Source: Zygnema circumcarinatum SAG 698-1b
Lineage: Eukaryota > Plantae > Zygnematophyceae
DNA: 64,000 nt
NCBI GenBank assembly: GCA_037447605.1
Contig: CM074821.1
Coordinates: 1,178,001-1,242,000, forward strand
Reading direction: 5' to 3'
Translations under genes and position numbers: made by a program
Part shown: positions 61,335 to 64,000 of the stretch, piece by piece
How positions within the stretch are numbered: the stretch's first letter is position 1
Layout: each line of letters begins with the position of its first letter
Notes under the pieces: generated by a model
What the model saw: the letters and a program-made list of their open reading frames with translations, nothing else
What the model was told of the DNA's origin: nothing
Databases searched by the model: none

Positions 61335-62356
61335 AGTAAGGGGGCATGGTTGACTTCGTCGTGGGGGAAGGAGGAGGAGGTAGTGGTAGTGGTAGTGGTA
61401 GTGGTAGTGGTAGTGTAGGAGGGGGGCTTGACTAGGAGTTCCCGCTTCCCCCCCCCCCCTTCCCCCCTTTCCTTTTTTTCCTTATGTTTTTTCTCGTGCA
61501 GGTAGATGAGGTTTCATTTTTCCTTCATGCAAGTCAGAGCCTTGCTTCTGCGGCCCAAGGACGAGGCGGTGAAAAACTGCTGCCAAGGGTCAGGCGGAGG
61601 CCTTTAAATGTGAACAGCTAGGGTTTACGCTTCTGCTAAGGAAAGGTATTTATCCCTTTCTGTAGGGGATGTTCTGTTGTATATAATTACTCGTGGTTCT
61701 CGACGAGACGGTCGATTGCCTTTGTTGTGGCATTCCATAGGGAATGTGTGGAAACTATGCGTGCCCTAAAACCGTAAACACCTAAAACCCTAAATACTTC
61801 ATGTGTAGTAATCTTGTGTGATTTTATGAGTCCAGTAAAAAGGAGGAATGAAGGAGGAAAGGGGAGGGAGGGAGAGGGTCTTAGTCTTAGCGTTTGCATT
61901 GTGAAATCAGAATTCGTGACGGGCTCTATGGAACTTCACGTGGTCTGTGGAATCAGTCAAAACTCAAAACGCCAACTAGTGGAGTGTGGTCGTTAAGCTT
62001 AAGAAAATTTTGGATGGGCTCCGCTCCATAAGTCCATGGCCCTGCAGGGCCGTGGAATCGGCGTTACACAATGGGGGTTCTCTTTAGTTTTTTGGGGTCG
62101 TGATGTATCGCTAAGGAAGCTGATAATTTTTGCTTAAGGCTGCAAGTCTTGACGCGCTGGAGCTACAGGTTGTCACGAGGCTGATATACTGATTTCTAAT
62201 TTCAGATATATGGCGCGTAACTATGTCTGACACCACGTGTTTGAAGCTCGACATCAGTGAACATTCTCCCGCAGAATCAATAACAACAAGCAAAAATAAA
62301 TACTGCTCTTGAACCAGATCCCATCCCAATTTCGGCGAGCTGTAAAGCACAAACTA

Positions 62357-62547
62357 GAGTAGACCCCCCCAATATTTTCGCCATGGTTTCGGCAAATATT
62401 GGGCGAAAATATTGGGTAGCGAAAATGTAAGGGTGCGTGTTAACAATAGGCGGGCGGTATTATATTAAAAAGTGGTTTTGGCAAATTCAGGGCGAAAATA
62501 TTGGGGAGCGAAAATAAGAGGGGCGAAAATATTGGGGGGGTCTACTG
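62357..62547. mobile_element. Tc1/mariner-type MITE with TA target-site duplication
   Basis: TA|gagtagacccccccaatattttcgcc ... ggcgaaaatattgggggggtctactg|TA (one terminal mismatch). Confidence 0.85.
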
Positions 62548-62549
62548 TA

Positions 62550-63110
62550 CAGTGGGGGGTCCTCGTATTTACCACCCCAAGGAGTGCGCCCTCAATATTT
62601 TCGCCCCAATTTTGCCGAAACCACTTTTTGTACGGTAACTTGTGTTAGCCGTACTTTCCGTACTATTCGTACTCTCCGTACTGTCCGTACTATCTGTACT
62701 AGCCGTTACGGGCTTACGCAAAACTCACCTAATCTCCCCGCTCGTGCCGCCGTAAGAGGCGCTCGCTCTTCTCCCCGTCTTCTTGACTTCGATACGATAC
62801 GATACGATATGTTCGATACGATACGAAACTCCCCGATACGTTACTATCCGTAATACGGCATCATCGATGAGACGAACAACATAGTCCTAAAAACTCCGCT
62901 TACGCGTCACGATATGTCACGGTACGATACGATACTAAATGGTACAATACGATACGGTACGATATGGTGCAGTACGATACGTACGGTTCAACATGAACTC
63001 TAACATAATACCGCCCGTCTATTCGTAACACGAACCTTATATATGCAAATTTAATATTTTCGCCTCATATTGGCCGGAACCAGGGTGAAAAATATGAGGA
63101 CCCCCTACTG
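62550..63110. mobile_element. Second related TA-flanked MITE, inverted relative to the first, carrying a ~370-bp nested insertion
   Basis: TA|cagtggggggtcctcgtattt ... aaatatgaggaccccctactg|TA; the arms align to the reverse complement of 62357-62547. Confidence 0.8.
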
Positions 63111-63613
63111 TATGTGATGTTCCTGGCAAGTTTGTACGGCCTTGAGGCGCCGGGCACGAGGCCACCGCCCTATGTAATGTCGTTTCTTTGTTCTTGCAGC
63201 GTTCACATGCGCATGCAGGCCCATATCCTCGTGTGCTTCACGCATGCACGTTTATATGTAACAGGAGACTGGATAAGCCTATATGCCCACAAGCAGTGCT
63301 ATAGCTCGTCGTTTAAGGATAGGGGTAAAATTAGGCGGCGAAAGATCCACAATTGCATGTCGGCAGTCCCCGATCTGACCCTCTATGCAATCCCAACCCT
63401 AACCCTTGCTGGGAGGAGCTCATATCGTTCCAGACGCTACGAGCCTCCACTAAGGCACTGGCTGCACCTAAAGTGATAGCATGGAACTTCCCGGAGGTCG
63501 AGAAACTGCAAACGGGACCAAGAGAACAACGAGCCGCTCACCCGTCAGCTGTAACAGAAGTCACTACTCGTTTAGCCCCACATCCCTTCTCTCATAGAAC
63601 TGCTGCAAATTTT

Positions 63614-63711
63614 TTAGGCGCAGGTCACGTCATGGCGGAGGCGAGAAAAGTTTCCTGCGAAAACTGCCGCACCATCACTGTCTTCACATTTCCAGAGGCT
63701 ACAAAGATCCC
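63614..63711 (-). other. Possible terminal exon of a gene that starts beyond the window
   Basis: Strong acceptor tttttccattgcag| followed by DLCSLWKCEDSDGAAVFAGNFSRLRHDVTCA*; no family recognised. Confidence 0.25.
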
Positions 63712-64000
63712 CTGCAATGGAAAAACATGTGCAGACAAGTTATAATCTTTCAAAAAAAATCATAGGCTAGTAAATCCTTTGCTGCAATCCACTTCTTGTA
63801 CTTCAAAGGCAAGGATGGTTACGCCCAGAAAAATGGCTGTGAATTCTAATCACATATTCCTCTAGAGTTCAATTCCGGCAGTGAAGACATTGTCCACAAA
63901 GGATGAATTCGCAGCATCATAATTCGAAAAAACCAAACAATGCCTGTGAATATGGAGTACCTGCCCAGCTCTCAGAGCTGCTGCTTGCGTGCATGCTGAA

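Overview
Gene-dense eukaryotic nuclear window with GT-AG introns, microsatellites and six short N gaps. Gene content (plant-type RLCK, MED26, GT34, SCPL, and a mitochondrial-type ccmB) suggests a streptophyte green alga or early-diverging plant; this is inference. About 12 multi-exon genes are supportable, in order: bestrophin-like (+), APC10 (-), MED26-like (+), flavodoxin quinone reductase FQR1/WrbA (-), GT34 glycosyltransferase (+), SERF/4F5 (+), a pyrophosphatase-fold fusion gene (-), SHPRH (+), CSN2 (-), P5CR (-), serine carboxypeptidase-like (-) and an RLCK-VII-like kinase (+). Most notable: (1) two ORFs at 23694-27534 join through one intron into a protein of about 1160-1210 aa, made of a catalytically degenerate family-I pyrophosphatase domain and a long disordered tail carrying four copies of an unrecognised ~25-aa motif; (2) an intact mitochondrial-type ccmB lies inside an SCPL intron, bracketed by a perfect 47-bp direct repeat; (3) SERF has a probable U12 AT-AC intron; (4) two related TA-flanked MITEs sit in tandem, one carrying a precisely mappable nested insertion; (5) a 20-bp motif and CCGTAC clusters recur in intergenic DNA. 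Family assignments come from recalled motifs, not database searches. Exon boundaries were read by eye.
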